Of a stretch of DNA of 64,000 nucleotides, positions 20,730 through 30,820 are shown one piece after another. The stretch's first letter is position 1. Each line of letters opens with the position of its first letter. The position numbers and the translations under genes were made by a program. The DNA comes from a virus: positions 64,001 through 128,000 of IMG/VR virus record IMGVR_UViG_3300009158_000001. One strand, given 5' to 3'. Under the pieces are notes generated by a model. The model saw only the letters and a list, made by a program, of their open reading frames with translations, did not search any database and was not told where the DNA came from.

Positions 20730-21830
20730 TTATTCCCTTATTACGTTGATAATAATTTTTTTGCCATTAACAATCCAAGAATAGCCCACATCGACTGCAT
20801 CTTGGTTGCCATCCATAACATTTCTAAACAACTTAATTGTATCTGCTGTTACGCTAGTGGGATCAATATCCTTATTAAAAGTAAGAGTAATTTGTTTGGT
20901 CTTTAAAGATATATTACTAGCTCCATACTCAGGATCAATTTTTACTAGTTGAAACTCAGTAGCTGCAGCTTCTATCTCTGCTTGAGTAGGCACATCCAGT
21001 CCAATTGGACTTTGCGAAACTGTAGTGGGTAATTCTTTAACCTGATCAGCTGCTGTAGAAAAATCAACCTTATAAGTATCAACTAAATACTGTATGGGCC
21101 GAAGATTTATTGTCCAGGTATCACCTATTTTAAAGCTGTCAGACGCTCCGCCAATAAGTTCAAGGTAAATGTCTTTATCTTTGGCAATTTTGTTTCTACC
21201 AGTTAATGGTAGCAAATCAAACTTAACAGTATCATTGCTGTCAAAATACCATCTTAATTTACAAGATGACGAGCTGCCAGCTTTTGCCACCTCAACAATT
21301 ATTAAATCTGCTGTAGTTCCAGTGTAATAGCCACTAGATCTAATAAGACCTTCGCCGCTAGATAAAGGATCCTTTAGTGGATCAAATACAGTCCTTGATC
21401 CAATGTAACTCCATTCATTGTCAGGAGAAGATGAGCCGCTAATTAGCAATCTATAGTCTGTCTTTTCCTGTAAGAAAGCCCTGGGTCTAATAATTAATTT
21501 GCTTTTAACATCAACGTCGTACTCATAACTCATTTGCTCTTCAAGAGTAAGCCCAGACGAATCGCACCTAACAACCTCTAACTCAACTGGAACTTCACCT
21601 TTGAGATGAAGACTTTCAAGTGTTTTTGCGTAGGAAGATTCATTAGTAAATCTATAAAGTTTTTCTTCAAACTCAACACCAGTTGCAATGTGGTTATCAG
21701 GGCCAACTAGACTAATACTGTTCTCAGCAAGAAACTCAGATACCTCTTGATCAAAAAGAATCTCAATCTTTTCCCCAGTAGGAAAAGTAGTAATAGGACC
21801 TGGCCAAACTGAAACAATATTAAAAGCCAT
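20730..21830 (-). CDS. Virion protein with Ig-like (Big_5-type) domains
   Basis: IVSVWP...IEILFDQEV and VKIDPEYGASNI...ITLTFNKDIDPTSV patterns. Confidence 0.55.
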   Translation of the reverse strand: MAFNIVSVWPGPITTFPTGEKIEILFDQEVSEFLAENSISLVGPDNHIATGVEFEEKLYRFTNESSYAKTLESLHLKGEVPVELEVVRCDSSGLTLEEQMSYEYDVDVKSKLIIRPRAFLQEKTDYRLLISGSSSPDNEWSYIGSRTVFDPLKDPLSSGEGLIRSSGYYTGTTADLIIVEVAKAGSSSSCKLRWYFDSNDTVKFDLLPLTGRNKIAKDKDIYLELIGGASDSFKIGDTWTINLRPIQYLVDTYKVDFSTAADQVKELPTTVSQSPIGLDVPTQAEIEAAATEFQLVKIDPEYGASNISLKTKQITLTFNKDIDPTSVTADTIKLFRNVMDGNQDAVDVGYSWIVNGKKIIINVIRE

Positions 21831-21832
21831 TA

Positions 21833-22051
21833 TTAGAACTCCTCAATATAAGATTCAAGAGTACATTCAACTTCACACCCAGTAACTAAAGTAATCTCTT
21901 GTGTCTCTAAGCTCTCAGCCTCTATAACCGCATCTTGATTATCCATAATTGCTTGATGTTCCTCAAAAGCTAGCCTTCTAAACAAAGCATCCATGTCCTT
22001 CTGTGACGTAATATTTGCTAATGCATTTGCAATTTTATTTTCTAAACTCAT
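21833..22051 (-). CDS. Hypothetical protein (72 aa)
   Basis: ORF with AGGAG SD, tightly packed with its neighbours. Confidence 0.6.
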   Translation of the reverse strand: MSLENKIANALANITSQKDMDALFRRLAFEEHQAIMDNQDAVIEAESLETQEITLVTGCEVECTLESYIEEF

Positions 22052-22093
22052 GTCATCTCCTAGTAATTAATATCTAGATACGGACATTATAAC

Positions 22094-22126
22094 AAAAGAA
22101 AACCCCCAGGCCTTTCGACCTGGGGG
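22094..22126 (-). terminator. Rho-independent terminator after major capsid gene
   Basis: CCCCCAGGTC-GAAA-GGCCTGGGGG followed by TTTTCTTTT on the minus strand. Confidence 0.85.
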
Positions 22127-22148
22127 CTATTTATCTATCTTCTAATTA

Positions 22149-23432
22149 TTAGTTAGAAGGGAAGTTTGAGCCGCCGTCAATTGTAGCGCCAGCAGGATCA
22201 AAACCAGAGGTAGGATCGTAGTAAGGACGCGCAATTTCAGGTGAGTAGAAGTTCTGGTCGCAGAAGATATTCTTAAGCGTAACTAGACCCTGGCCTTCGT
22301 TATACATGAAGATACCCCACTTCTCTGACCACTTCATCTTGAAGGTCTCAAAGTACTTGTCTTCCCACTCGTCAGCAACAATGCCTGAACCAACAATTAG
22401 AGCACCAAGTGACTTGCTATCGCAAAGAACGATATCGGTAAGCTTAGTAGCAGGATCGTAAGGCATGAAGCGTGAAGTCACAATACGTAGACCAAACGGA
22501 AGGCCAAGAGGAAGCTGAGGAGCAGCTGTAATGGCATTAACGTTAAAGTCCTTAAGTGAAGCACCAGTACCATCGGGCTTAAGACCAAGCTGGCCACGTG
22601 AGTAACCCTTTGAAAGGACACCCTTAACGGCATCAGGAACACCGCTAACGTTAGCAGCCGAACCCGAATAGTTACCAAAGAGATTGCCGCTGCCGCTCTG
22701 CATGGCAAATGCACGAAGGACGGGGTCGCGTACAAACATAAGGTAAGTAAGAGGATGGCAGATTAGCGTATCGGGAGTGAAACCTCTCTGGATGAGAAGG
22801 TGATACGCATTGAAAAGGTCATCCATGGTAAGCGTACCATTGGTCTTGAGCGTAATGTCACGACCAGTGGTGATACCAAGAGCTGACTGAGAAGGATTAA
22901 GATTGTCGAACGCAGGAACGCTGATGTTCGTGATATGCTTAGCGATTTCGGTCTCCTTGCGGCGAGCGAAAGCACGACCGGCCTCACGGGCAAGGTAACC
23001 AAGGAGATTCCAATTGGAAGCCTTGATAGCCTCTTGCGTAAGGGAGATCATAACACCCCACTTGTCAATGGCGGCCGTAGCCATACCACCGCCAGTAGTC
23101 ACACGCTCTTCACGGTAACCTTCAAGCTCAGTGACCTTATGGACAGTGAAAGCTGAAAGGGCGGGAAGACGGAACTCAGTAATACCATCCGGCGCAGGAA
23201 TGGTATCAAGGAGTGGGGTAAGATTGAGCATTGGCTCCATTGGCTCCATCATAATCTCAACAATTGAGTGCTTGACCCAGGGCCCAAGCTCAGCTGACGT
23301 AATCGCGTCTTCGATTGAAAGACGTGAGTCGCTGGAGTGGTCTGAGCCAGGAAGCCAACCGTTGTTCTTGATGAGCGCTGTAAGCTCACTCTGATCAGCA
23401 ATTTCTAGGTTCTTGTGCTTTAGTCTTGACAT
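22149..23432 (-). CDS. Major capsid protein (HK97 fold)
   Basis: 427 aa; KWGVMISLTQEAI...AGRAFARRKE spine-helix pattern and PDTLICHP; strongly biased codons; followed by a strong terminator. Confidence 0.85.
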   Translation of the reverse strand: MSRLKHKNLEIADQSELTALIKNNGWLPGSDHSSDSRLSIEDAITSAELGPWVKHSIVEIMMEPMEPMLNLTPLLDTIPAPDGITEFRLPALSAFTVHKVTELEGYREERVTTGGGMATAAIDKWGVMISLTQEAIKASNWNLLGYLAREAGRAFARRKETEIAKHITNISVPAFDNLNPSQSALGITTGRDITLKTNGTLTMDDLFNAYHLLIQRGFTPDTLICHPLTYLMFVRDPVLRAFAMQSGSGNLFGNYSGSAANVSGVPDAVKGVLSKGYSRGQLGLKPDGTGASLKDFNVNAITAAPQLPLGLPFGLRIVTSRFMPYDPATKLTDIVLCDSKSLGALIVGSGIVADEWEDKYFETFKMKWSEKWGIFMYNEGQGLVTLKNIFCDQNFYSPEIARPYYDPTSGFDPAGATIDGGSNFPSN

Positions 23433-23466
23433 TTTTTGGTTCTCCTTATTGAGATTATGATTTTAA

Positions 23467-25026
23467 TTAGAGTAGGACGCGCACGATGGCAGCGAACTGA
23501 CCACCGCTTGACTGATGAATTTCTGCAGGATGGCCATCATTAGCCGAACCAGGAGTACGATCAGCGAGTGACACGCCATCATAGTCATGGAAAGTCTTGA
23601 CAGAGGCAAGATCAGCCTTAGGTGAACGGTCAAGTGTATAGCACTTACCAACAATGTCTTCAGGAAGCTGATAGCCAGTAGGGTTGGCCCAAGTAGTAAC
23701 CTTGGCTACACTAGCATCAGTAAGGTCACCAGTAGTGGCGGCAACAAGAGCACCAGCAGTGATCTTGAGTGCAACCTCAGGCGTGCGAGCCACATAAGGG
23801 ACAAAGTTAGAATACTTGTCGTAGGAGAGATAATCGCCAGGCTTGACATTACCAGTCACTCCGGCAAAAACAGCAACGTCAACATACTGATCACTGGTAT
23901 CTGCAGCAGCGTCTGAGACGTTAGAGCCAGCAAGAGCAACAGCAGCAGTGGGTAGGTAGCTGAATGTGACAACAGTGCCAGCGGTAGCAAGAGTGCCAGC
24001 GCCGCCCGACTCATACATGAAAAGAATACCAAGTTCACGGTCAACGAAATAATCGCCAACCTTTGTTAGTTGATTTGGGCTACCCTTCTCAGCCTTAAGA
24101 ACAAGTGCGCTTGCAGAAACAGTGCCATATTGCATGGCATTGTAAATGTTATGCTCAATGCTCTTACGACCAAGAGCAAGAGCCACCCAGTTCTCATTCG
24201 TTAGATCGGCATAGCGGACAGGAAGAAGAGCCAAGAGGTCCGAAGCGCCTGCGTCACCAATTTCATTGCCGAAAATCCAACGCGCTGTACCAGCAACTTC
24301 AAGCTGACTAAGAGCAGTAAGCTTTTGGGTATTTGCAGCAGTCGTAACAGTCGCGGCCTTAATAGGAGCAACAGGTAGACGAAGGGTGTGGTCCTGGCCA
24401 GTCCAGAAGGTTGACTTATTTTCACGACGATAGTTCATGAAGCGAAGCTTGTTGGGCTGCGTACCATCACCACCAGCCCAGGCATAAACCACGTTAGCAG
24501 CTACACCGATTGGGCGAGAAATAAAGGCATCAATAGTCTCTGACGCGCCAATAAGGCCACGACTCTTGAGATGCGTAGTCAACTGCGTGACTGTGTACTC
24601 AACAGCAGCAGCAACAGGAAGACCAGTTGTTAGGTCTTCAATGCGCTCATCTACATCTTTCTGCTCATACTTAAGGACCGGAGTGGTACCGCCAGCGACA
24701 ATAGCAGCCTTCCAAGCAAGACGAATACCTGCAGGAACAAGGCGACCTACTGTGCCAAGGTTAATGGTAGAAGTAGCATTCTCACCAGTAAGACTCTCAC
24801 GAGTGAGAGCAACAAGCTTACCGGGCATGATTACAACCATATCGGTAAAGACGTGGCGCTGATACTTGTATGAGAAATAACCATTGGCCGAATTTGTAGC
24901 ATTGCGGCTAATTGGGAGCCAAGCCGCAGCGGCAAGGTCATTCTGAGGTGCAACCGTGTCGCCGTGCGTAGGGGCGATAATCGGCTTACCATAATCGATA
25001 TCTCTAAGCTTTCTATATGTTGCCAT
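23467..25026 (-). CDS. Head decoration / minor capsid protein
   Basis: Immediately upstream of the major capsid gene, with similar high-expression codon bias and Ala/Thr/Gly-rich composition. Confidence 0.55.
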   Translation of the reverse strand: MATYRKLRDIDYGKPIIAPTHGDTVAPQNDLAAAAWLPISRNATNSANGYFSYKYQRHVFTDMVVIMPGKLVALTRESLTGENATSTINLGTVGRLVPAGIRLAWKAAIVAGGTTPVLKYEQKDVDERIEDLTTGLPVAAAVEYTVTQLTTHLKSRGLIGASETIDAFISRPIGVAANVVYAWAGGDGTQPNKLRFMNYRRENKSTFWTGQDHTLRLPVAPIKAATVTTAANTQKLTALSQLEVAGTARWIFGNEIGDAGASDLLALLPVRYADLTNENWVALALGRKSIEHNIYNAMQYGTVSASALVLKAEKGSPNQLTKVGDYFVDRELGILFMYESGGAGTLATAGTVVTFSYLPTAAVALAGSNVSDAAADTSDQYVDVAVFAGVTGNVKPGDYLSYDKYSNFVPYVARTPEVALKITAGALVAATTGDLTDASVAKVTTWANPTGYQLPEDIVGKCYTLDRSPKADLASVKTFHDYDGVSLADRTPGSANDGHPAEIHQSSGGQFAAIVRVLL

Positions 25027-25047
25027 AATTTTCTCCTATAATTTGGG

Positions 25048-25860
25048 TTAGACTTTCACATCTAGTGGGTTAAACTTTCCTGAAACAAAGCCAGAACGCA
25101 CTTGCTGAACAAGATAGTTCTCAGCTTTATTTATATCATGATTTCGTAATTCCTTATATTTACTAGCGACTCTGCGCTCTACAGATGTATAGTATTCTTC
25201 TGTGGTATCCATTGCGTCTTCGATGGTGCTAACATCAAGCTTCTTGCCAAGTTCTTTGAGCTCAGAAGAATCTTCAATAATAATTTCTTCTGACTCTGAA
25301 CTGTCAGCAATTTCACTTACTATCTCTTCGACAGAGTCCATTGGTCCACTCATTTCTTCTTTGATTTCATCGGCAGGAGATTCGCTAGGAATTTCCATGC
25401 CAGCAGCCTGAAGAGAAGCTCCAAGTTGCCACTGCCATTTCTGGTGCATATCAATACGCTCAGCAAGAAAGTTAGCAACACCCTGCTCATTTGCAGCATT
25501 GGCAGCATCAAAGGTACCCTTGAGCATAGCAATCATAGCTACATTCTTCTTGTAAATATCAAGAGCAAGGTCTTTAGCTTCAGTAGTCATAGAGTCATCT
25601 TTGAATGACGCCGTCTCTACCATGTGAGTAAGAGAAGGAGGGAATGCCCCAAGCTTGCGAATATTCTCAGCAAGATCATCTACTGAGCCGTATACATCAT
25701 CATAAATATTGCCAAATAGCTCATGGTACTCAGCAAAATCTGGGCCAGCCACATTCCAATGGGCACGATGCGCAGTGAAGTAAAAAACAACTACGTTGCA
25801 AAGTAGGTCTTCAAGAGCATCAGCGACAGAAGTCGCGCCGGTTGTCATTTCAGTTTCCAT
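25048..25860 (-). CDS. dps: Dps (ferritin-like) protein with acidic C-terminal extension
   Basis: AHWNVAGPDFAEYHELF...DDLAENIRKLG ferroxidase signature and H.K..W.L at the end of helix 4; about 120 extra acidic residues. Confidence 0.85.
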   Translation of the reverse strand: METEMTTGATSVADALEDLLCNVVVFYFTAHRAHWNVAGPDFAEYHELFGNIYDDVYGSVDDLAENIRKLGAFPPSLTHMVETASFKDDSMTTEAKDLALDIYKKNVAMIAMLKGTFDAANAANEQGVANFLAERIDMHQKWQWQLGASLQAAGMEIPSESPADEIKEEMSGPMDSVEEIVSEIADSSESEEIIIEDSSELKELGKKLDVSTIEDAMDTTEEYYTSVERRVASKYKELRNHDINKAENYLVQQVRSGFVSGKFNPLDVKV

Positions 25861-25927
25861 ATTATTCCTCCAAAAGGATTAAGTTAAATTAATAATTACA
25901 TAGTGATTCTAGCATAATTCCTATACT

Positions 25928-28654
25928 TTAGCCACCTATACCAGGAGCAGGATAAGCACCAAGAGGAGGAGTTTCTTTCTTGCTCCACACAACAGGAGCC
26001 ATAATCTTTCTAAGCTCAGATCTTTTTTTGACAATTACTTCTTCAGTCTTGTCATATAAGCCATCCTCATTCATCCTGGCAATAGTGAGAACAGTAGCGG
26101 GATCCTCTTCAGAACCCTCCACACTGCAACTAATTCCATGAGTAACAACACCTTTGCTATGCATTGCATCAATAACGCCGTATCCTTCCTTCATTTCAAC
26201 TGCATCATCTTGCTCACCAAGTGAACCAGAGCTAACACCAACTTCATTACCTTTACTGTCAAGGCGATAAGCAACAAAGTCACCCACTGCAAATGTAGCA
26301 GTTGAAGGAGTAGTGTAAGTCTTCTCGGGGGTATAAGTATCCTCGACGCCAACCTCAGCAACAGGCTCATTGTAAACAAAGTCTCCCATAACCCAAGAAC
26401 CTTTGACTGAGTCTTCGGCTCTCATACGTTCAATCTGAGCAGCTTTGGCATAAGCCCAAGTCTTGCCACCATCACCACCCCAAAGATCCCAAGCAATACG
26501 ACCAGCAGAAGGAAAACCTTCTTCCCCCTGGCTAAAGCCAGAAGCCTTCTTATCAACTTCATGACGAGCAAAAAAACTTTTCATACGCATAACAGTAGAA
26601 GGAGAAAGTTCTTTTTTATTCATGATGTCTCTCGCACGCGCAACACCTACACCCGTGCCACCGCGCTTGAATTCTCCACGCCACTCAAGGCCCCGCTTAG
26701 CAGCTGATGCCATACCAGGCGTAGGAATAAAACCTTGAGCTTCATCATCCATTTCTGGACCAAATAGATCTTGGATATCTTCTCCAAACTCAGACTGATC
26801 CATCTTTGACTTACCAGCATCTTGCATACGAGCTAGCATCTTTTGAGCACGAGCCTGAATAGATTTGACTTTCTCAGGAGCAAGACCACTTACTTGTGGC
26901 GCTCTAGCAATAGCATTACGAAGGTGTGGAAGATCAACCTTGCCATCTTCTCCCTTATAGGGAAGGTGACGGAGTGAACGAGGCTTAGTTTTGCCCTCTT
27001 CATCCTTCTCGCCACCTTGAGTAATGTAGAAGAATGAACTATCAGGAAGGTTATTAACGTAAGCAGTAGTCCAGACAGCATCATCAATGCTGATAGTCTT
27101 TACCATTTCGGAGAACATCTCAGCCGACATATCGTCAGCTAACTCTACATTAAAGTTATTAGCAAGAAATTCTTTAACAGAATCTAGTAGTGATTTACTA
27201 TCAAGTTCAACCTTTGCAAGTTTCTCATCTGTGATAGCTTTGCCAGAGCGTAATTCTTCAAGCTCTGACATTACCTCTACAGGAGCAATAGATTTTGACT
27301 TAATATATTCGTCAACAATTGAAAGAATTTCTTTCTTATTGTCTTCTGATAGTGCAGTGGGCATTTCTTGCTCCTCTTGGTTAGTTAATTTGGTTTGGTC
27401 TTCCATAGGTTCTTGCTTGCTTGCTGAGACTAACCCATCTGGGATAACAGCAAATCTGCAGTAGCCATTTGGTTCTATAGTTTGGGAAATAATTTTACAA
27501 CAATTCTCACTAGCATGAAGAGCACAATTGCCACACTTAACGCCAATGCTAAGATTCTCATTTTCTGGGCCACTTTCATAGCCAACCCAGATACCAGGAG
27601 CCTTATCTAAAGGCCCGACCTTGGCAGCAAGAGTCATCAAAGAATCCGCAAGCGCTTTCTCTTCTTCTGATAACTGACTGTAAAGATCTGCATGATCTTC
27701 AACAATCTCAGTTGGCACCGTAGCAACTGGACCATTATCAAAGCTGGCCATAATCTCCGAGTCAGAGATATCTGTAACTGCATTCTTGAAACAATCAGTG
27801 ACAACCATAGTAGTCTTGAAGTTTTCTAGATATTGTTGAAGTGCGTCGCCTCCAACTTCTTTGTAATTCATAACTCTTGCGTGAACATCAGCAGGATGGG
27901 TGACATAGGCATAACCACGGTAACGGAGACCACTCGGTACACCATAAGCTTTAACGCCATCAATGTCATCGCCAATATCCCATTCCATCTCATCAGTCTT
28001 ATATGATCTACCGCTGATAGAGTCATAGAGGTCATTAGGTGTCATTTCTACGCTGACTGTAAGATAGCGACCATCTAGAGTTTTCTCTACGGCTTCTGGA
28101 TCTGTAACAAGTCCCTTGACAAGTACCCATCCAAGGCCCTCAAAATCCTCATCAGTCATCATTCCAGACTTGGCAAGCTTCTTCATATAGGGAGCCATAG
28201 CAACATCAGGAGCCTTAAGCATAAGGCCATCCTTGATCATTCCAGAGCTAACATTATAGGCAGCCTTAGGATTGTCTACCCACGTACCACCAATAGCCCG
28301 ACCAACTGCGCCTACTTCTCTATTCTCAATCTTCTTACCATCAACAACAGCAACTTCCTTATGCATAGGCTTAATGGGGATATTGTATGGATTAGTAAGT
28401 GTAGGGATAGCGTCTTTTAGATCAGCAGGCATATAAATAAGATTATTCTGAGTAGGCCTCATACCATGAGTAACCTTGGTAAGAGTTACTAGGCCGACCT
28501 TATTCTCCGCAACACCATCATTAATAAAGTATTTGAAATCAAGAAAATGAGGACTCTTTTTGTCCCATACTTCATGGGTAAAATCGCCCTTAACACTATT
28601 AACAAAATAGTCTTGAACGATACCTTCTTGTAATAGTCTCTTACTTATCTTCAT
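25928..28654 (-). CDS. Prohead protease / scaffold multidomain protein
   Basis: Lies between portal and capsid genes. N-terminal PMH...VGR...YLTVSV pattern of herpes/HK97-type maturation proteases, followed by HiPIP-like, LPDSSF...RHLPY and RGLEW...LWGGD modules. Confidence 0.65.
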   Translation of the reverse strand: MKISKRLLQEGIVQDYFVNSVKGDFTHEVWDKKSPHFLDFKYFINDGVAENKVGLVTLTKVTHGMRPTQNNLIYMPADLKDAIPTLTNPYNIPIKPMHKEVAVVDGKKIENREVGAVGRAIGGTWVDNPKAAYNVSSGMIKDGLMLKAPDVAMAPYMKKLAKSGMMTDEDFEGLGWVLVKGLVTDPEAVEKTLDGRYLTVSVEMTPNDLYDSISGRSYKTDEMEWDIGDDIDGVKAYGVPSGLRYRGYAYVTHPADVHARVMNYKEVGGDALQQYLENFKTTMVVTDCFKNAVTDISDSEIMASFDNGPVATVPTEIVEDHADLYSQLSEEEKALADSLMTLAAKVGPLDKAPGIWVGYESGPENENLSIGVKCGNCALHASENCCKIISQTIEPNGYCRFAVIPDGLVSASKQEPMEDQTKLTNQEEQEMPTALSEDNKKEILSIVDEYIKSKSIAPVEVMSELEELRSGKAITDEKLAKVELDSKSLLDSVKEFLANNFNVELADDMSAEMFSEMVKTISIDDAVWTTAYVNNLPDSSFFYITQGGEKDEEGKTKPRSLRHLPYKGEDGKVDLPHLRNAIARAPQVSGLAPEKVKSIQARAQKMLARMQDAGKSKMDQSEFGEDIQDLFGPEMDDEAQGFIPTPGMASAAKRGLEWRGEFKRGGTGVGVARARDIMNKKELSPSTVMRMKSFFARHEVDKKASGFSQGEEGFPSAGRIAWDLWGGDGGKTWAYAKAAQIERMRAEDSVKGSWVMGDFVYNEPVAEVGVEDTYTPEKTYTTPSTATFAVGDFVAYRLDSKGNEVGVSSGSLGEQDDAVEMKEGYGVIDAMHSKGVVTHGISCSVEGSEEDPATVLTIARMNEDGLYDKTEEVIVKKRSELRKIMAPVVWSKKETPPLGAYPAPGIGG

Positions 28655-29180
28655 TAGCCTTCCTTATAATGACTTTGCTATTAGGATGATCAGGCGGTAA
28701 ATCATAATACTTACTATCTGAGATTTTTCTATTATCTATTATAGACTGACTACTTTGATTATATACCTGGTATGATTCTTCACCACTATCCTTTAAAGCA
28801 TTGAATACGCCCCAGTTATAGCTTCTCATTCTTTCTGTCTCATAGATAGTCATCATCCTGTGCCCAATTGTCTTAGCCGTATCAGTAATAGTATTACCTT
28901 GGCGATTGCGCATTTCAATGTGTAGCTTGTCTATGAAAAACTTCTGAACCTTCAACTGGAATTCTATATTACCAGTATGCGTCTCGTTCGTTAGATTAGA
29001 AGAGTCGGCATACTCAGAGTAACCTTTTATATAGGCCTTAATGCTGTTGTCTTTAAGCATAATAGAAAAACGCTCAAATGCAGCATCAATGGTAAAGTCA
29101 GGTTGGATGTCATAGTCAGCTTTCTCTTTTAGATGGCTAACTAATCCATTCACGTCTTCTCTATACTCATCAAAGTCCAT
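28641..29180 (-). CDS. Hypothetical; probable C-terminal part of the portal (head morphogenesis-like tail)
   Basis: The frame is open upstream to the A10 run at 29284-29293, so it joins the portal by a -1 shift; ends with LPPDHPNS. Confidence 0.5.
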   Translation of the reverse strand: MDFDEYREDVNGLVSHLKEKADYDIQPDFTIDAAFERFSIMLKDNSIKAYIKGYSEYADSSNLTNETHTGNIEFQLKVQKFFIDKLHIEMRNRQGNTITDTAKTIGHRMMTIYETERMRSYNWGVFNALKDSGEESYQVYNQSSQSIIDNRKISDSKYYDLPPDHPNSKVIIRKANEDK

Positions 29181-29275
29181 GATACTATTTGTAACTAGAC
29201 TTCCCGGCGCACTCTTTGTTCCATGCTGATTTGATGGTCTAACAGCATTGGCATTTGCTTTCCCACTAGGCAGCG

Positions 29276-30820
29276 CTACTGAATTTTTTTTTTAGTATTG
29301 CCTGAATCTTTCTCGGACACTGTTGGCTTCTTTGCTAGATTACCAGCAGCTAGATCTCTAGCCTTCTGCAGATCACCAGAGGACATAGGAGTCCTGTTAC
29401 TCTTGGCAGATGTCTCAGCAAGAGGAGACATAGGATTTGCGCCAAGTCTAAGTAGTTCTTGAGCTTCTGTAACCATCTTGTAATATGAATGATCCCAGTC
29501 CTCATCTTTCGCAGTGGACATACCAATGCGATCTCTTAACTCATCATGACTAATCGCGCTATTAAGCCAAAGCTGGATAGCTGCGTTTTCCTTTTTAATT
29601 TGATTCTCAACATCTATTTCTTTAAATCTAAGAACAACTTTGTTATTAGGATCTAGCCAGTCAAAACTATTGTCCTCTGCACTTTCTTGAAGCATAGGAA
29701 CAATAAGATTAGCATAGATTTGCTCTTCAAGAACAAGTTGATCACTCTTGACTGCGTTAATAAGGCTACTAGACATAGTAGCTGCTGTAGAACGGTTAGC
29801 AGTATCACCTTCCCCAATATCTACCGTTGATAGGCCAAGGGCAGCAAGAACACGTTTCTTAAAGTAATCAAGATAACTTTCAGCTCTAAGAGAACGACCT
29901 TCTGCGCCAATCATTTTAATTTCATGACGTTCAGGGGTAACAAAGAAACCTTCTGGTGGCTGATTATTAATAACCTCAGTAACCATAGTAATCTCATCTC
30001 TACCATCTGGAAGAATAGTAGCAGGCATTGCTTCGGTTCCAATCTTATACTGTACAATTGGAAAGATGCTTTGATGAAGTAAAACTTCTACGTCTGTTTC
30101 AATTCGACGCAAAGCTTTAATATCTTCAATAGCAGCACTGCATCTTGGCGTACCAACAATAAACCCTTCAAGCTTATTAACATGAAAATGTATGATCTCA
30201 CTAGGCTCATAGATTGAGGTCGGACGAGTATTTTCTGTCCAATCCTCTTCGCTGTATTGTCGATACTTTATAGGCTGTTTAAGGTCATTAACCTTAACCT
30301 GGATCATACTAGTAGGAAGTATATGAAGTGAGCTAATTGGGGCTATTTTGCGCCCTTTAGAGTCTGTTCTAGTATAGCCTCCAGATGTCTTGTCATTGCG
30401 CTTGATAAGAACAAAACAATTACTATATCTAATAATATTCTTGGCTATATCAGTTATAAACTGTCTAGGCGTAGTACGACTAACGTAGCAAACTTCCTTA
30501 AGTCTGCGCTCTACGTAGTCTACAAGATCTGGGTCTTTCCCTATTACCTCATAGCCTTCTTTCATGAAAAGAGAAAGTTTCTTGTCAAAGCTAATCTGTA
30601 AGTAAGCTTCAATTGTAGCAACTTTATCTATTTCCTTAAAATCATGCTCTAGCTTTTGCCAGTCATTCATGAAGTAAGGACGTGTCGTTCTATAGTTAAA
30701 TACTGGATCCTTTGTCTTTTCTAGACTAGGCCCAGGCATCTTACTCTCAGCATCATCTATTACCTTAACGGATGATGCAAGATTCTTAAGATTAATAACT
30801 TGTGCTTTTAATTTAAACAT
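29276..30820 (-). CDS. Portal protein
   Basis: 514 aa; IIHFH...GTP, YLDYFKKRVLAALG and ISHDELRDRIG portal-type patterns; lies between terminase and protease. Confidence 0.8.
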   Translation of the reverse strand: MFKLKAQVINLKNLASSVKVIDDAESKMPGPSLEKTKDPVFNYRTTRPYFMNDWQKLEHDFKEIDKVATIEAYLQISFDKKLSLFMKEGYEVIGKDPDLVDYVERRLKEVCYVSRTTPRQFITDIAKNIIRYSNCFVLIKRNDKTSGGYTRTDSKGRKIAPISSLHILPTSMIQVKVNDLKQPIKYRQYSEEDWTENTRPTSIYEPSEIIHFHVNKLEGFIVGTPRCSAAIEDIKALRRIETDVEVLLHQSIFPIVQYKIGTEAMPATILPDGRDEITMVTEVINNQPPEGFFVTPERHEIKMIGAEGRSLRAESYLDYFKKRVLAALGLSTVDIGEGDTANRSTAATMSSSLINAVKSDQLVLEEQIYANLIVPMLQESAEDNSFDWLDPNNKVVLRFKEIDVENQIKKENAAIQLWLNSAISHDELRDRIGMSTAKDEDWDHSYYKMVTEAQELLRLGANPMSPLAETSAKSNRTPMSSGDLQKARDLAAGNLAKKPTVSEKDSGNTKKKIQ

